From NCBI GenBank assembly GCA_965208835.1, contig OZ242358.1:4864001-4928000 (forward strand): a stretch of 64,000 nt of DNA, read 5' to 3'. Of the stretch, positions 10,529 through 20,631 are shown in pieces. A program made the position numbers and the translations under genes. The notes under the pieces were generated by a model. The model saw nothing but the letters and a program-made list of their open reading frames with translations, had not been told where the DNA came from and made no database searches. This DNA comes from Candidatus Latescibacterota bacterium (GTDB lineage: Bacteria > Latescibacterota > UBA2968 > GCA-2709665). How positions within the stretch are numbered: position 1 is the first letter of the stretch; each line of letters opens with the position of its first letter.

Positions 10529-11371
10529 ATGATCGAGTCATCGAATCTGGTGCATCGCTTTGTCCGCAACCACGCCGCGGAAGCTGCCCGCGTTCTGGAA
10601 AACTGCTCACTGGACGATATGACGCAGTTCTTTTTACAGACTCCGTCAGAACTGGCCGCCCCCCTTCTCGACACGATGGAATCGAGTACTGCCGCTGCCT
10701 GTGTAGAGCGCATGCCGGCTTCGCAAGCTGCGGGCGCTCTGGGCGGATTGGCGGCGAATCGCGCTGCCCACATCGTTCGCCGGGTGAACCCGGAGACGAA
10801 ATCGCAGATTCTGGAAATGCTGTCCAAAGATTTCTTCAGGCAGCTGAGTCGACTCCTGGGTTACCGCGAGGAGACGGCGGGAGCGCTGATGGAGTCACTG
10901 GTTTTCACGGTGCCGCCCGAAATCTCCGCTGGCGAGGCGTTATCCAGATTGCAAACCAGTCCGGTCCCGGTATTGAACTACGTCTACGTTGTGTCGCGGG
11001 ACAACACACTGACGGGCGTATTCAGCCTCCGGGAGCTTCTCGCTGCCGATGAAGCGGAAGCCGCATCGGTGATCATGCACAAAGACGTGATGTTTCTGCG
11101 AACGGACGATTCGCTGGCGTCGGTGTCCGCACACCCGTCGTGGAAGGACTTCCACACGCTCCCCGTTCTCGATGAGCAGGATCTCTTCGCCGGCGCATTG
11201 AGGCACAAAACCCTCCGCCAGTTGGCGAGAGTCGCGGACCAGTTTCAGCATGCCGGACAAGCCGGCGCGGCACTCGGTGAACTCTATCGCATCGGGCTGA
11301 CGGCCCTTGCGAAGGGCGCCATGGGAGCAGAAGACCTCCCGGCGCCCGCAGCGGATCAAACCGGTCGTTAG
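10529..11371 (+). CDS. Soluble MgtE N-terminal + CBS-pair protein (no pore domain)
   Basis: YREETAGALM, YVYVV, LTGVFSLRELL, TLPVLD match MgtE cytosolic domains. Confidence 0.75.
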   Translation: MIESSNLVHRFVRNHAAEAARVLENCSLDDMTQFFLQTPSELAAPLLDTMESSTAAACVERMPASQAAGALGGLAANRAAHIVRRVNPETKSQILEMLSKDFFRQLSRLLGYREETAGALMESLVFTVPPEISAGEALSRLQTSPVPVLNYVYVVSRDNTLTGVFSLRELLAADEAEAASVIMHKDVMFLRTDDSLASVSAHPSWKDFHTLPVLDEQDLFAGALRHKTLRQLARVADQFQHAGQAGAALGELYRIGLTALAKGAMGAEDLPAPAADQTGR

Positions 11372-11491
11372 AGCCAGTTTCGCAGCACAACGCAACTTGA
11401 CCGAACCGCAGTTTACATTTACCGGTCCATGGGAATGCATGAGATCTTCGAAACAGTAACAGATGGGCGCCAATCCGGCAAGGAGTCAGAC

Positions 11492-12811
11492 ATGACCGAT
11501 GACACGAAGGCCTCGCGGGCCCTGATCAGGGCCTTTTTTCGTCTGCATCCAGGTGAGGCCGCGCGCGCGCTGGCCGCCACGCCCGTGTCTGAAGCGATCA
11601 GACTGCTGGAAGGCCAGGCCGGCGAACGGGCCGCTCAGGTCTTCGAGCGAATGGACCCGGATCGGGCCGTCGTGCTCGTGGAGCACATGGAGGAGGCACT
11701 CTTCCGGCGACTATGGACGGCGATGGACGAAAACGTCGCGGCTTCAATCCTGGCCCGTCTTTCGCCTGGAAGCCGTACCGAGCGCCTGGCCGTTCTGTCT
11801 TCCAGAATGGCTGACGAAATGAAGGTGCTGATGAGCTATCCGCCCGGATCGGCGGGCCAGATTATGGACAGCGCGGTGACGGTATTCAGCGTCGAGGAGA
11901 CGGCGGACGATGCGCTCACCCGGATCCGTTCATTGCCCGAAAGGCGCATTTTCGATCTGTGCGTGGTGGACGACGACGGGGCGCTGACCGCGGTACTTTC
12001 GCTTCAGGAGGTCGCCGTTGCGCAGCCCGAAGTCCGCCTCGGACAACTGGCGCAGGGTCCGCCTGTATGCGTGCAGGCCATGTCATCGAGAGAGGAAGTG
12101 GTAGAACTCCTCGAGGCGCACAAACTGGCGTCACTGCCGGTTATCGGCGGGGTGGACGGCAGGCTCTGCGGAATCATCCGCCACGATGCGCTCGTGGAGG
12201 CCGCCAGACACGAGGCCAGCGGGAACGTGCAGGCCATGTTCGGCGCGGGAAGAGAGGAACGCGCCCTTTCAGGGCCCGTACTGGCGGTGCGCAAACGTCT
12301 GCCATGGCTGCAGGTCAATCTGGGCACGGCCTTTCTGGCCGCCGCCGCTGTGGCCCTTTTCGAGGATACCATCGCCCGGTTTACCGCCCTGGCGGTATTT
12401 CTGCCCGTGGTCGCCGGGCAGGCGGGCAATACCGGCGCACAGGCGCTGGCGGTCGCCTCTCGTGGCCTGGCGCTGCGAGAGTTCAGGCCGCGCCGCTGGT
12501 TTTACGTTGCACGCAAGGAACTGCTGGCAGGGTTTGTCAACGGGGTGGCCATAGCGCTGGTCGCGGCGCTTGCGGCTTACCTGTGGTCCGGAACGACCGG
12601 GCTTCCCCTGGTACTGGGCGTGTCCATGGTATTCTCCATGTCCATGGCCAGCCTCACCGGAGCGCTCATTCCCATCGTTCTCACGGCTCTGGGCAAGGAC
12701 CCGGCCCAGTCGGCGTCAATTTTCCTCACAACCGTCACCGACGTTATCGGGTTCGTCAGTTTCCTGGGCCTGGCCACCCTGATTGCCACATCCTTCGGCA
12801 TGGCCCTTTAA
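11492..12811 (+). CDS. mgtE: Magnesium transporter MgtE
   Basis: YPPGSAGQIM, CBS pair, KRLPWL, GNTGAQ, DPAQSAS, TTVTD (pore Asp); ATG after AAGGAG. Confidence 0.9.
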   Translation: MTDDTKASRALIRAFFRLHPGEAARALAATPVSEAIRLLEGQAGERAAQVFERMDPDRAVVLVEHMEEALFRRLWTAMDENVAASILARLSPGSRTERLAVLSSRMADEMKVLMSYPPGSAGQIMDSAVTVFSVEETADDALTRIRSLPERRIFDLCVVDDDGALTAVLSLQEVAVAQPEVRLGQLAQGPPVCVQAMSSREEVVELLEAHKLASLPVIGGVDGRLCGIIRHDALVEAARHEASGNVQAMFGAGREERALSGPVLAVRKRLPWLQVNLGTAFLAAAAVALFEDTIARFTALAVFLPVVAGQAGNTGAQALAVASRGLALREFRPRRWFYVARKELLAGFVNGVAIALVAALAAYLWSGTTGLPLVLGVSMVFSMSMASLTGALIPIVLTALGKDPAQSASIFLTTVTDVIGFVSFLGLATLIATSFGMAL

Positions 12812-12860
12812 AAAACGACTGTGGAACCGAATTCTCCGCGGGGGGCCGGATTTTGACGTT

Positions 12861-13634
12861 CTATTCTTTGGGCAGCGTCGACTTCGTCGTCTTGATCAAG
12901 TCGATAATATCGTCGGTCACGTCCATCACATGGACCCCCGCCGGCACGACAAAGTCGAACTGGTCTTCGTCCACCTTTACGTTTGTATTCAACGTCTCGA
13001 ATTCCCGTGACAACAGCTCCTTGCCCTCGGCGTTATAATACCCCACCTCCCGCAACAGCCCGTCCTCCGGATGGACCGAGAACCGGACCCTGGAAGGCGG
13101 CTCCGGGAGGTCGGCATAGAGCAGTGTAACCTCAGGGACAGCTTCGAACACCCGAAGGATCTCGCCCTTCAATGTGTCCGTCCCGGAGTAACGGATGGAC
13201 TTCCACTCCAGCGCCCGAAAGGGACGTATGGGATTCGGCTGGTCGGCGTCCGCTTCCACCTGTGTTGACCTGTAGACTCTTGCCATGTTGATCCGGTAGA
13301 CGATCTTCTCCTCGGGGTCGTAACGCCACAAAAGGCTGCCGTCCGACACAATCGTCTGGCGGATCCGGCCGGCAAGCACGCGCGACACGCGCATCCTTGC
13401 CGGGGCCTGAATCGCGATGTCGTCCACGATTTCATATTGTTGGCCTTCTACCGTCAACAGGGTCCTGACGCGGGTTTCACACGTCTTGATCGACTTCAGC
13501 TTTTCCTGAATTGCGACCATCAGACCATCGGTCTTCGAATCCCCGGTTGACATCTTGTCCGCGACCGCCCGCCCGCCAATCGCCATCGTACACAGCGCAA
13601 GGCAGGCCGCCAGCGTCGTCCGAACGGTAAACAT
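12861..13634 (-). CDS. LolA-like periplasmic lipoprotein carrier/sorting protein
   Basis: Signal peptide; IVSDGSLLWRYDP and FDFVVPAGV motifs. Confidence 0.7.
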   Translation of the reverse strand: MFTVRTTLAACLALCTMAIGGRAVADKMSTGDSKTDGLMVAIQEKLKSIKTCETRVRTLLTVEGQQYEIVDDIAIQAPARMRVSRVLAGRIRQTIVSDGSLLWRYDPEEKIVYRINMARVYRSTQVEADADQPNPIRPFRALEWKSIRYSGTDTLKGEILRVFEAVPEVTLLYADLPEPPSRVRFSVHPEDGLLREVGYYNAEGKELLSREFETLNTNVKVDEDQFDFVVPAGVHVMDVTDDIIDLIKTTKSTLPKE

Positions 13635-13741
13635 GCCGGTACTCCTTTCGCGGGCGGCAGGTTCCTGGCTGCCATATCAGCCGGACAGGCGTCGTCTTCA
13701 CGCCGGACGACCCCGCCCCGACATCGATCCTGATGTGCCCG

Positions 13742-14482
13742 TTACAATTTACGGAATATCATCCCCACAACCAACCCAGCGGCCAGCGCCACGACAACCG
13801 AGACAACGCCGTAGAGACCCCCGTGTTGAAAGGCGACTTCGGAAAGCACCCGAACGAGCCCGGTTTTTTCGACGGTAACCGACTGTACTGTTTCCGAGAC
13901 CAGACGGTGTTCGTTGAAACAATACAGCGTGGCGCGATAGGTTCCGGGCCGCACAGCGGGCGGAACCCGGAATTCCGTACGAAAACCGGCGACTGCGCCT
14001 CCCTCGTCGGACAACGCCACCGACTCTGGCCGCAGCGCGTACAACCCCCGCCGGATTTTCAGACGCAGGAACTCGTCGAACACGAACCCGTCATCGCCGG
14101 GCGGCGATTGTTCAACGGTGGCGCTGCGCCGAAGCGCGCCAAACCCCTCCCCGACGACGTCCAGCTGCCGTACGAGATCAGCAGAATCACTGGAGGCGGC
14201 GACCATATACAGCCCGGGGAGAGCGTCGAACTCGACACGACCCGTACTCACCCACAAAGGTCCGCGTCTGTCCTTTCTGCGATACGCGGCGGCACGGCGT
14301 TCCCCTTCCAGTTTCAAAACGACGCCGCAGTCCTTCGGAACCGTCCCGGTCGCGACAAGCCCGGCGCCCCGGAAAAAGAGGTCGACCTCAACGCGCGAGG
14401 GAAACAGCTGAAGCGACGGCTCCGCCGCGCACGGCACGGCAAGAAACGTCGCCAACAAACCGGTCCAGACCCGGAAGCTCAT
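13742..14482 (-). CDS. TIGR02186-family protein
   Basis: Signal peptide, RRKDRRGPLWV, PGTY, VEKTG, C-terminal TM (LYGVVSVVVAL); start overlaps the TauE stop. Confidence 0.78.
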   Translation of the reverse strand: MSFRVWTGLLATFLAVPCAAEPSLQLFPSRVEVDLFFRGAGLVATGTVPKDCGVVLKLEGERRAAAYRRKDRRGPLWVSTGRVEFDALPGLYMVAASSDSADLVRQLDVVGEGFGALRRSATVEQSPPGDDGFVFDEFLRLKIRRGLYALRPESVALSDEGGAVAGFRTEFRVPPAVRPGTYRATLYCFNEHRLVSETVQSVTVEKTGLVRVLSEVAFQHGGLYGVVSVVVALAAGLVVGMIFRKL

Positions 14483-15471
14483 ACGCGCCCGCCCCAGTCG
14501 GCAAGCAGATTGACCGGCGCCGACAGAAGATCCGTCAGCATGATTCCCATCACCAGGAGCACAATTGCCGCCAGAAGCACTTTGAACTGTTCCGCCCCCA
14601 GACGCCTGCCAATCCGGACGCCCGCCTGGGTTCCCAGCGTTGACCCTGCAAGCAGCATCAATGCCAGCACGAAATCCACCGTATGGTTCGTATAGGCGTG
14701 CATCAGGGTGACGTTGATACACGTGAACATCACCTGCAGCAGGCTGGTTCCCACCACCACGGGCATGGGCATCTTCAGCAGGTACAACATGGTCGGCACC
14801 ATGATGAAACCGCCGCCCACCCCCATAATCGCGGCGAGTATACCCACAAGGGTTCCCAGGCCTAACGGAACGAGCAGGGACATGGTGGTTCCGGCCGTCT
14901 CGAAACGGGTTCGCCAGGGCAGCGCGCGGTTGAGTTTGACGAACCAGGACGCCACGCCCGCCATTTTGTTCACCCAGGCCAGCGGCCGCTCCGCCCAGGT
15001 TATCCGCAATTCCGCTCTGGCGCGGCCCCCCTCTCTGGCTATCTTCCCCGCGCGCAGACCCAGAAGCCCGTCCACGAACATGATGCCGCCCACCGACGCC
15101 AGCATCAGGACGTAGCTGACTTGTATGGCAAGGTCCGCGCTGCCGGCGGCCCGCAGCACCTTGATGAGCTGCACGCCGCCAGTGCCGCCGGCGAACCCGC
15201 CGACAATCAACAAAACGGCCATCCGCAGATCCACGTTCCTGAGCCTCCAATGCGCATAGACTCCGGATGCCGAAGCCGCCACGATCTGATTGGCATCGGA
15301 TGCCGCGGCAATCGTGGGAGGTATCCCGATCATGATCAACAGAGGTGTCAGCAGAAACCCGCCACCCACGCCGAACAGACCGGAAAGCAGTCCAACACCG
15401 GCACCCAGCGTGAGCAACAACCAGAGGTTGACGCTCGTGCCGGCAATAGGCAGATACAGAGATAGATCCAA
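14479..15471 (-). CDS. Sulfite exporter TauE/SafE family protein
   Basis: LYLPIA, GLFGVGGGFLLTP and a second GVGGGFIMVP repeat. Confidence 0.88.
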   Translation of the reverse strand: MDLSLYLPIAGTSVNLWLLLTLGAGVGLLSGLFGVGGGFLLTPLLIMIGIPPTIAAASDANQIVAASASGVYAHWRLRNVDLRMAVLLIVGGFAGGTGGVQLIKVLRAAGSADLAIQVSYVLMLASVGGIMFVDGLLGLRAGKIAREGGRARAELRITWAERPLAWVNKMAGVASWFVKLNRALPWRTRFETAGTTMSLLVPLGLGTLVGILAAIMGVGGGFIMVPTMLYLLKMPMPVVVGTSLLQVMFTCINVTLMHAYTNHTVDFVLALMLLAGSTLGTQAGVRIGRRLGAEQFKVLLAAIVLLVMGIMLTDLLSAPVNLLADWGGRV

Positions 15472-15858
15472 GCCGACCTCGTGAGAAGCTGCGTTGAGAA
15501 TTCCAGCGGTCTACGCACGGCTGCAGCAGCCTTCATAATCTCCCACGCACGGTGAAAAGTCAAGCGGAAACGCCCGGTTCAGCGCCGGGAAAGGAGACCG
15601 AAGACCCCGCCGGAAACGAAAAAAAACGAGACGGAGGGACGGTGATCGGCCATTCCCATCTGTTCGGGCCGTCCCGTTTTCACTTTCGAATTCTACCGGC
15701 GCGGCTTAGATTTCCATCCGCGGACGCTCCGGTCTCCGTCTGAAAAACCCGCTGGTCCGCGACCGACGGCGGGTTCTCCAGGCCTGAGGTTGACAAGGGC
15801 TTAGTATACTGTCCCAAAGGTATCTAAACGTCCTCTCTACGTTCATTCCGTCTCGCTT

Positions 15859-15965
15859 AAACGTGGTCATTGAGCTTGTCGAAATGCCCGCGTTTCACTA
15901 TCCGAAAAGGGCAATTCGACATCCCTTCGCCGACCCTTCGACAGGCCCAGGGAGCGGCTCAGGGC
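15859..15965. repeat. Family B REP-like element (TGAGCTTGTCGAA ... TTCGACAGGCCCA)
   Basis: Both ends nearly identical to 35649-35756. Confidence 0.8.
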
Positions 15966-16021
15966 TGACGCGCTGTTACGTGATCTTTTCGAGGCTCCTT
16001 CAACACCAGAGGAGAGGATAT

Positions 16022-17698
16022 ATGCCACGCCTGACCGGCGGCCGGTTCATCGCCGAAACGGTCCACGGATACGGCATCACGCACGTGTTTTTCATGCCCG
16101 TCATCGCGCCCCGGGCCCTGATGGAAATGGAACGGCTGGGAATCCGGCGTATCATGACCCACGGCGAAAAAAGCGCCGCCTATATGGCCGACGCCTATGC
16201 GCGCGTCCGCCGTGGCGCCGGCATCTGCATGGCGCAATCCGTGGGCGCCGCAAACCTCGCCGCCGGGCTTCAGGACGCGTACCTCGCATGTTCTCCCGTT
16301 GTCGCAATCACCGGCCGTCAGACACAGATCAACAGGCACCGGCACGCCTATCAGGAAGTGGACCATGTGGCGCCATTCGACGCGGTCACCAAATACAACG
16401 TTCTGGTGGACCGTCCCGAGCAACTTCCCTATTTCCTGAGGCAGGCCTTCCGGGAAGCCACCACGGCAACGCCCGGGCCCGTTCATCTAGACATGGCGGG
16501 TTTCATCGGAGACGTGGTCGCGAACGCTGAAGCCGATCTGGATGTGGTCGCCGAGGAACCCTTCGCCCAACTGCCCCCCTTCCGGCCCGAGCCCGAACCG
16601 GAGTCCGTCCGCAAGGCGGTGGACCTGCTGACCGCCGCGGAACGTCCCCTCATGGTCGCCGGCGGCGGGGTCATTGCCTCCGAGGCCGGCGCCGCACTTC
16701 GGGCGTTCGCGGAAAAGCTCTCCATCCCCGTAGCCACGTCGTTGAACGCCAAGGAAGCCTTCCCTTACGACCATCCCCTCGCCGTGGGCGTCTGCGGATT
16801 GTACTCCCGCGAATGCGCCAACCGCGCCGTCTGCGAGGCGGATCTTGTCTTCTTTGTGGGAAGCCACACCGGCGGTCAGGTCACGAACGACTGGACCGTC
16901 CCTCCGGCCGGCACCCACGTTATTCAACTGGACATCAATCCGGCTGAAATCGGACGCTCCTATCCCATCCGGCTCGGTATTCAGGCCGACGCGAGGGCCG
17001 GGCTGTCCAGGTTGATCGACGCTGCGCCCGACGCCGTCACGCGCAGCGCCTGGACGTCGCGCGTCCGGCAGCTCACGTCCGAGTGGCAGGAGCGCGTGGC
17101 CCCGCTCGTCAATTCGGAGGAGGTACCCATTCGTCCGGAGCGCCTGTGCAGGGAGCTGACCAGGCACCTGCCCTCCGACGCCATCCTCGTTTCCGATACC
17201 GGCCACTCGGGAATCTGGACGGGTACCATGATCGATCTCATCCACCCGGGTCAGTCCTATATCCGATGTTCAGGATCCCTGGGCTGGGGCATTCCCGCGG
17301 CCGTGGGCGCCCGGTGCGCCGCTCCGGACCGGCCGGTTATCTGCTTTACCGGCGACGGGGGCATCTGGTATCACGTCACGGAACTGGACACCGCCGTTCG
17401 GAACGACATTCCCGTTGTCGTTGTCGTCAACAACAATCATTCCCTCAACCAGGAGCAGGAACTCAACGAGGATGTCTACGGAGGCCCGGAACCGGGGTCC
17501 GACGAACTCTGGCATATGACGGACGGCGACTTTGCGAAAATGGCAGAGTCGATGGATTGCGTCGGCATCACTGTACATCGGGCGGGCGCGTTCGGGAGCG
17601 CACTCGACCAGGCGATTTCGTCGGGAAAACCGGCCGTGATCGACGTCAAGACCCACATCGAGGGCATCGCGCCGCCCGCGTGGTCTCCATCCGCCTGA
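16022..17698 (+). CDS. Thiamine-diphosphate-dependent enzyme (acetolactate synthase-like superfamily)
   Basis: GEKSAAYMADAYAR, PGPVHLD, GDGG...NN ThDP motif; ATG after GGAGAGGA. Confidence 0.88.
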   Translation: MPRLTGGRFIAETVHGYGITHVFFMPVIAPRALMEMERLGIRRIMTHGEKSAAYMADAYARVRRGAGICMAQSVGAANLAAGLQDAYLACSPVVAITGRQTQINRHRHAYQEVDHVAPFDAVTKYNVLVDRPEQLPYFLRQAFREATTATPGPVHLDMAGFIGDVVANAEADLDVVAEEPFAQLPPFRPEPEPESVRKAVDLLTAAERPLMVAGGGVIASEAGAALRAFAEKLSIPVATSLNAKEAFPYDHPLAVGVCGLYSRECANRAVCEADLVFFVGSHTGGQVTNDWTVPPAGTHVIQLDINPAEIGRSYPIRLGIQADARAGLSRLIDAAPDAVTRSAWTSRVRQLTSEWQERVAPLVNSEEVPIRPERLCRELTRHLPSDAILVSDTGHSGIWTGTMIDLIHPGQSYIRCSGSLGWGIPAAVGARCAAPDRPVICFTGDGGIWYHVTELDTAVRNDIPVVVVVNNNHSLNQEQELNEDVYGGPEPGSDELWHMTDGDFAKMAESMDCVGITVHRAGAFGSALDQAISSGKPAVIDVKTHIEGIAPPAWSPSA

Positions 17699-17721
17699 AT
17701 CCGGAAGGGAACTGACCCATC

Positions 17722-18612
17722 ATGCTACAGACTGGAGATGAGAACCTCCAACTCCTGGTGGTGGTCGCCCATCCGCACGACGTGTGCCACATGGGAGGCA
17801 CGTGCGCCCACCACCTGGACCGCGGCGACAGCGTCTCCGTGGTGGCGATAACCGGAGGACAGCGCACCCATAACGAGAAACTGGCGGACGAACTGCGCAA
17901 GCCGCCCGACCAGCGGGACAGGAACGTCGTCCAGGGATCGCAGGAAGATTACGCGAAACGAAAGAAAGAGGAATTCGCGAGGGCATGCGCCGTCTTCGGC
18001 ATCACGGACGTAACCGTGTTGCCGTTTTCCGATCATCCCCTCGAAGTCACGGAAGACGTGGTGTCGGCGCTGGCAGAGCGTCTGTACGTCGTCCGACCTC
18101 AAATCATCCTGACCCACGCGCCCTACACCCTTCCCGACCGCCGATTGCAATACGCGTGGGTGAACGACCATACCGCGACCGGAATCGCCGTGCAAAAGGC
18201 GCTCAACCAGGTGTCCATCCCCGACACCGAATTGGGCCGCGCACCTCACAGAGTGGCCGCCGTCTACTATACGGGCATCGACTACGGGTTCCACGAGGTC
18301 GACGTCTGTATCGACATCTCCGATCAGGTGGAGAACCGGATCAGGGCGGAGCAGGTCTTCGAATCCCAGGGGCACACGGCGGAGTTCGCAAGAAAGCGGA
18401 TCGAGTCCAGCGCGGGATTCCAGGGGTGGAAGGCCGGCACCGGCTACGCCGAGACCTTCATCCGCGGATACCGGGAGATTTCGCGGTGTCTGTCCGTCAC
18501 GAAGGAGAACCTCCTGCTCGCCGGGAGTTCACACGAGGAGCGCCTGCGCTGGATCACCGGCGATAGCCCTCATGGCGACGGGCAGGACGTGAGTCAGCAG
18601 CGGCGCGAATGA
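17722..18612 (+). CDS. PIG-L/LmbE-fold metalloenzyme with variant active site
   Basis: VVAHPHD, ITGG, ILTH, NDH, DISD, YAETF. Confidence 0.75.
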   Translation: MLQTGDENLQLLVVVAHPHDVCHMGGTCAHHLDRGDSVSVVAITGGQRTHNEKLADELRKPPDQRDRNVVQGSQEDYAKRKKEEFARACAVFGITDVTVLPFSDHPLEVTEDVVSALAERLYVVRPQIILTHAPYTLPDRRLQYAWVNDHTATGIAVQKALNQVSIPDTELGRAPHRVAAVYYTGIDYGFHEVDVCIDISDQVENRIRAEQVFESQGHTAEFARKRIESSAGFQGWKAGTGYAETFIRGYREISRCLSVTKENLLLAGSSHEERLRWITGDSPHGDGQDVSQQRRE

Positions 18613-18760
18613 GCCGAACGGCCTGAAAGGCGCCTGGTGTTCGAGCGGTCCGGTCGCGAGGGATTGCTGTTGCCTGTACTCGCGGGATTCCACATATTCA
18701 CGCACGCAACCTGCGCTCATCACCTGCGCATCCCACAACCCGATGGCAAGGAAGGTCTTT

Positions 18761-20326
18761 ATGCACAGAGTCAATCGTCGTCCCTTTGTCATAATCAGTT
18801 CGATCCTTTTCCTGGCGCTCGTGTTTCCCGTCATGGCGTGTGCGCAGGAAACCGCCGCTCCTGAATCGGCAAACAGCTGGATACAGACCAACCTTGCCGA
18901 CCTGGACAGGCTCTTCGGAAACACGGTCGAACTTCTGGCAGCGGTCCTCTTCGCGTCGTTCGGCACCGGGATTCCGCTGATCGTCGTGGTGCTTCTTCTG
19001 GGCGGCATCTATTATTCCTTCTTCTTCGGATGGATATCCCTGAAGGGGTTCCGCCATTCCATCGACATCATCCGCGGCCGCTACGACAACCCTGACGATC
19101 CCGGGGAAATCTCGCACTTCCAGGCCCTCACCAGCGCACTCTCGGCCACGGTGGGGCTCGGAAACATCGCCGGAGTCGCCATCGCCGTAAGTCTCGGCGG
19201 ACCGGGCGCGATTTTCTGGATGCTCGTCACCGCGATCTTCGGCATGTCCTCCAAGCTCGCTTCCTGCACCCTGGCGGTCATGTACAGGAAGATTCACCCC
19301 GACGGCCGTGTCTCCGGCGGACCTATGTATTACCTGGAAAACGGCCTCAAATTAAAGGGCATGGGGGAGTTCGGCCGCACGCTCGCGGTGATGTTCGCCT
19401 TTCTGACCGTGGGAGGAAGCCTGGGCGGCGGCAATATGTTCCAGGCCAACCAGACGCTGGAGATTCTGGGCACCGTTTCGCCGGTTTTCAAAGACTACAA
19501 CTGGCTGGTCGGCATCGTACTCGCCGCAATGGTCGCCGTTGTGATCATCGGCGGGATCAGGCGAATCGGACGCGTCACGTCTCGTGTGGTGCCCACGATG
19601 TGCGTCTTGTACGTTGCCACCTGCCTGCTGATCATCCTGACCAACTTTACCCGCATTCCTGAAATGCTGGGCACCATCTTCAGCCAGGCCTTCTCGCCCC
19701 AGGCGCTCTACGGCGGGTTCATCGGCGTGCTGGTAACCGGCATCCGACGCGCCGCCTTTTCCAACGAAGCCGGCCTCGGATCCGCTGCGTTCGCACACGC
19801 GGCCGCCAAGACCGACGAGCCGGCCAGGGAGGGCATGGTCGCGATGATCGGTCCGTTTATCGACACGATCATCATCTGCCTGATGACGGGGCTCGTCTGC
19901 CTCATCACCGGCGTCTACGCGGATCCACAGTTCCTCGGCCAGGCCCAGCAGGGTCAGCCGGTCGGCGCCGCGATGACGGCCGCTGCATTCGAAACGTTCA
20001 TCCCGGGCGCCCGGCACGTACTCGCCATCGCCGTCGTCCTCTTCGCCTATTCCACCATGATCTCCTGGTCCTATTACGGGGAGCGGGCGTGGGAGTATCT
20101 CTTCGGTACGGGCACCATTATCGTGTACCGCGTCATCTTCGTCGTATTCGTCTTCCTGGGCGCCGTCACCGCGCTGACGAACGTACTCAACTTCACCGAC
20201 ATGATGATCCTGGGAATGGCCTTCCCCAATATCATCGGCGGTGTGATCCTGAGCCCGCACATCAAGGCCACCCTCAACGAATACTGGGACCGGTTGAAAT
20301 CTGGCCAGATGAAAGTTTACAAGTAA
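18761..20326 (+). CDS. Alanine/glycine:cation symporter (AGCS family)
   Basis: GEISHFQAL, TVGLGNIAGVA, GGPGAIFWM, GGPMYY, FSNEAGLGSA. Confidence 0.92.
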   Translation: MHRVNRRPFVIISSILFLALVFPVMACAQETAAPESANSWIQTNLADLDRLFGNTVELLAAVLFASFGTGIPLIVVVLLLGGIYYSFFFGWISLKGFRHSIDIIRGRYDNPDDPGEISHFQALTSALSATVGLGNIAGVAIAVSLGGPGAIFWMLVTAIFGMSSKLASCTLAVMYRKIHPDGRVSGGPMYYLENGLKLKGMGEFGRTLAVMFAFLTVGGSLGGGNMFQANQTLEILGTVSPVFKDYNWLVGIVLAAMVAVVIIGGIRRIGRVTSRVVPTMCVLYVATCLLIILTNFTRIPEMLGTIFSQAFSPQALYGGFIGVLVTGIRRAAFSNEAGLGSAAFAHAAAKTDEPAREGMVAMIGPFIDTIIICLMTGLVCLITGVYADPQFLGQAQQGQPVGAAMTAAAFETFIPGARHVLAIAVVLFAYSTMISWSYYGERAWEYLFGTGTIIVYRVIFVVFVFLGAVTALTNVLNFTDMMILGMAFPNIIGGVILSPHIKATLNEYWDRLKSGQMKVYK

Positions 20327-20343
20327 GCCGGGTCAAGCAACAG

Positions 20344-20381
20344 AAAAGGGGGCGCTGCAAAACCGCAGCGCCCCCTTTTTA
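20344..20381. terminator. Bidirectional intrinsic terminator
   Basis: AAAAGGGGGCGCTGC-AAAACC-GCAGCGCCCCCTTTT between convergent genes. Confidence 0.85.
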
Positions 20382-20393
20382 TTATGACCTATA

Positions 20394-20615
20394 GGCGGGG
20401 AGAGGTGAGACGGGAGACGTTAGAAGAAAGGCGGGTAGAGGTGAGAGGGTAGACGGTAGATGAGATCATTGCCGGGTATGTTATTCCTCGTTGCCTCCGG
20501 CACGAGAAGAATCCTTTCAAGGCTGGAAATCTCTCCCGTCTCACTTCTTGCGTCTCACCAGGTGGTGGGCTGGGGTGAGGTTTTCTACCCTCTCCCGTCT
20601 TGCGTCTTCCCGCCT
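20394..20615 (+). repeat. Family A element copy 2
   Basis: 7-mer arms; core TTGCCTCCGGCACGAGAAGAATCCTTTCAAGG; extra CCAGGTGGTGGGC module. Confidence 0.85.
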
Positions 20616-20631
20616 TTAGCTGACAGCTTCT

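Noticed and set aside
13742-15250. 502-aa ORF as one protein
   Set aside because: Its first half overlaps the TauE gene out of frame; the real gene starts at 14482.
15560-15860. TPP riboswitch or promoter upstream of the ThDP enzyme
   Set aside because: No TPP aptamer consensus; TTGACA and TATACT are only 9 bp apart.
15863-16021. Long N-terminal extension of the ThDP enzyme
   Set aside because: Translates a family B repeat; an SD-supported ATG is at 16022.
18613-18760. Glycine riboswitch upstream of the AGCS symporter
   Set aside because: No GGAGA/CCGAAG/CTCTCAGG aptamer motifs.
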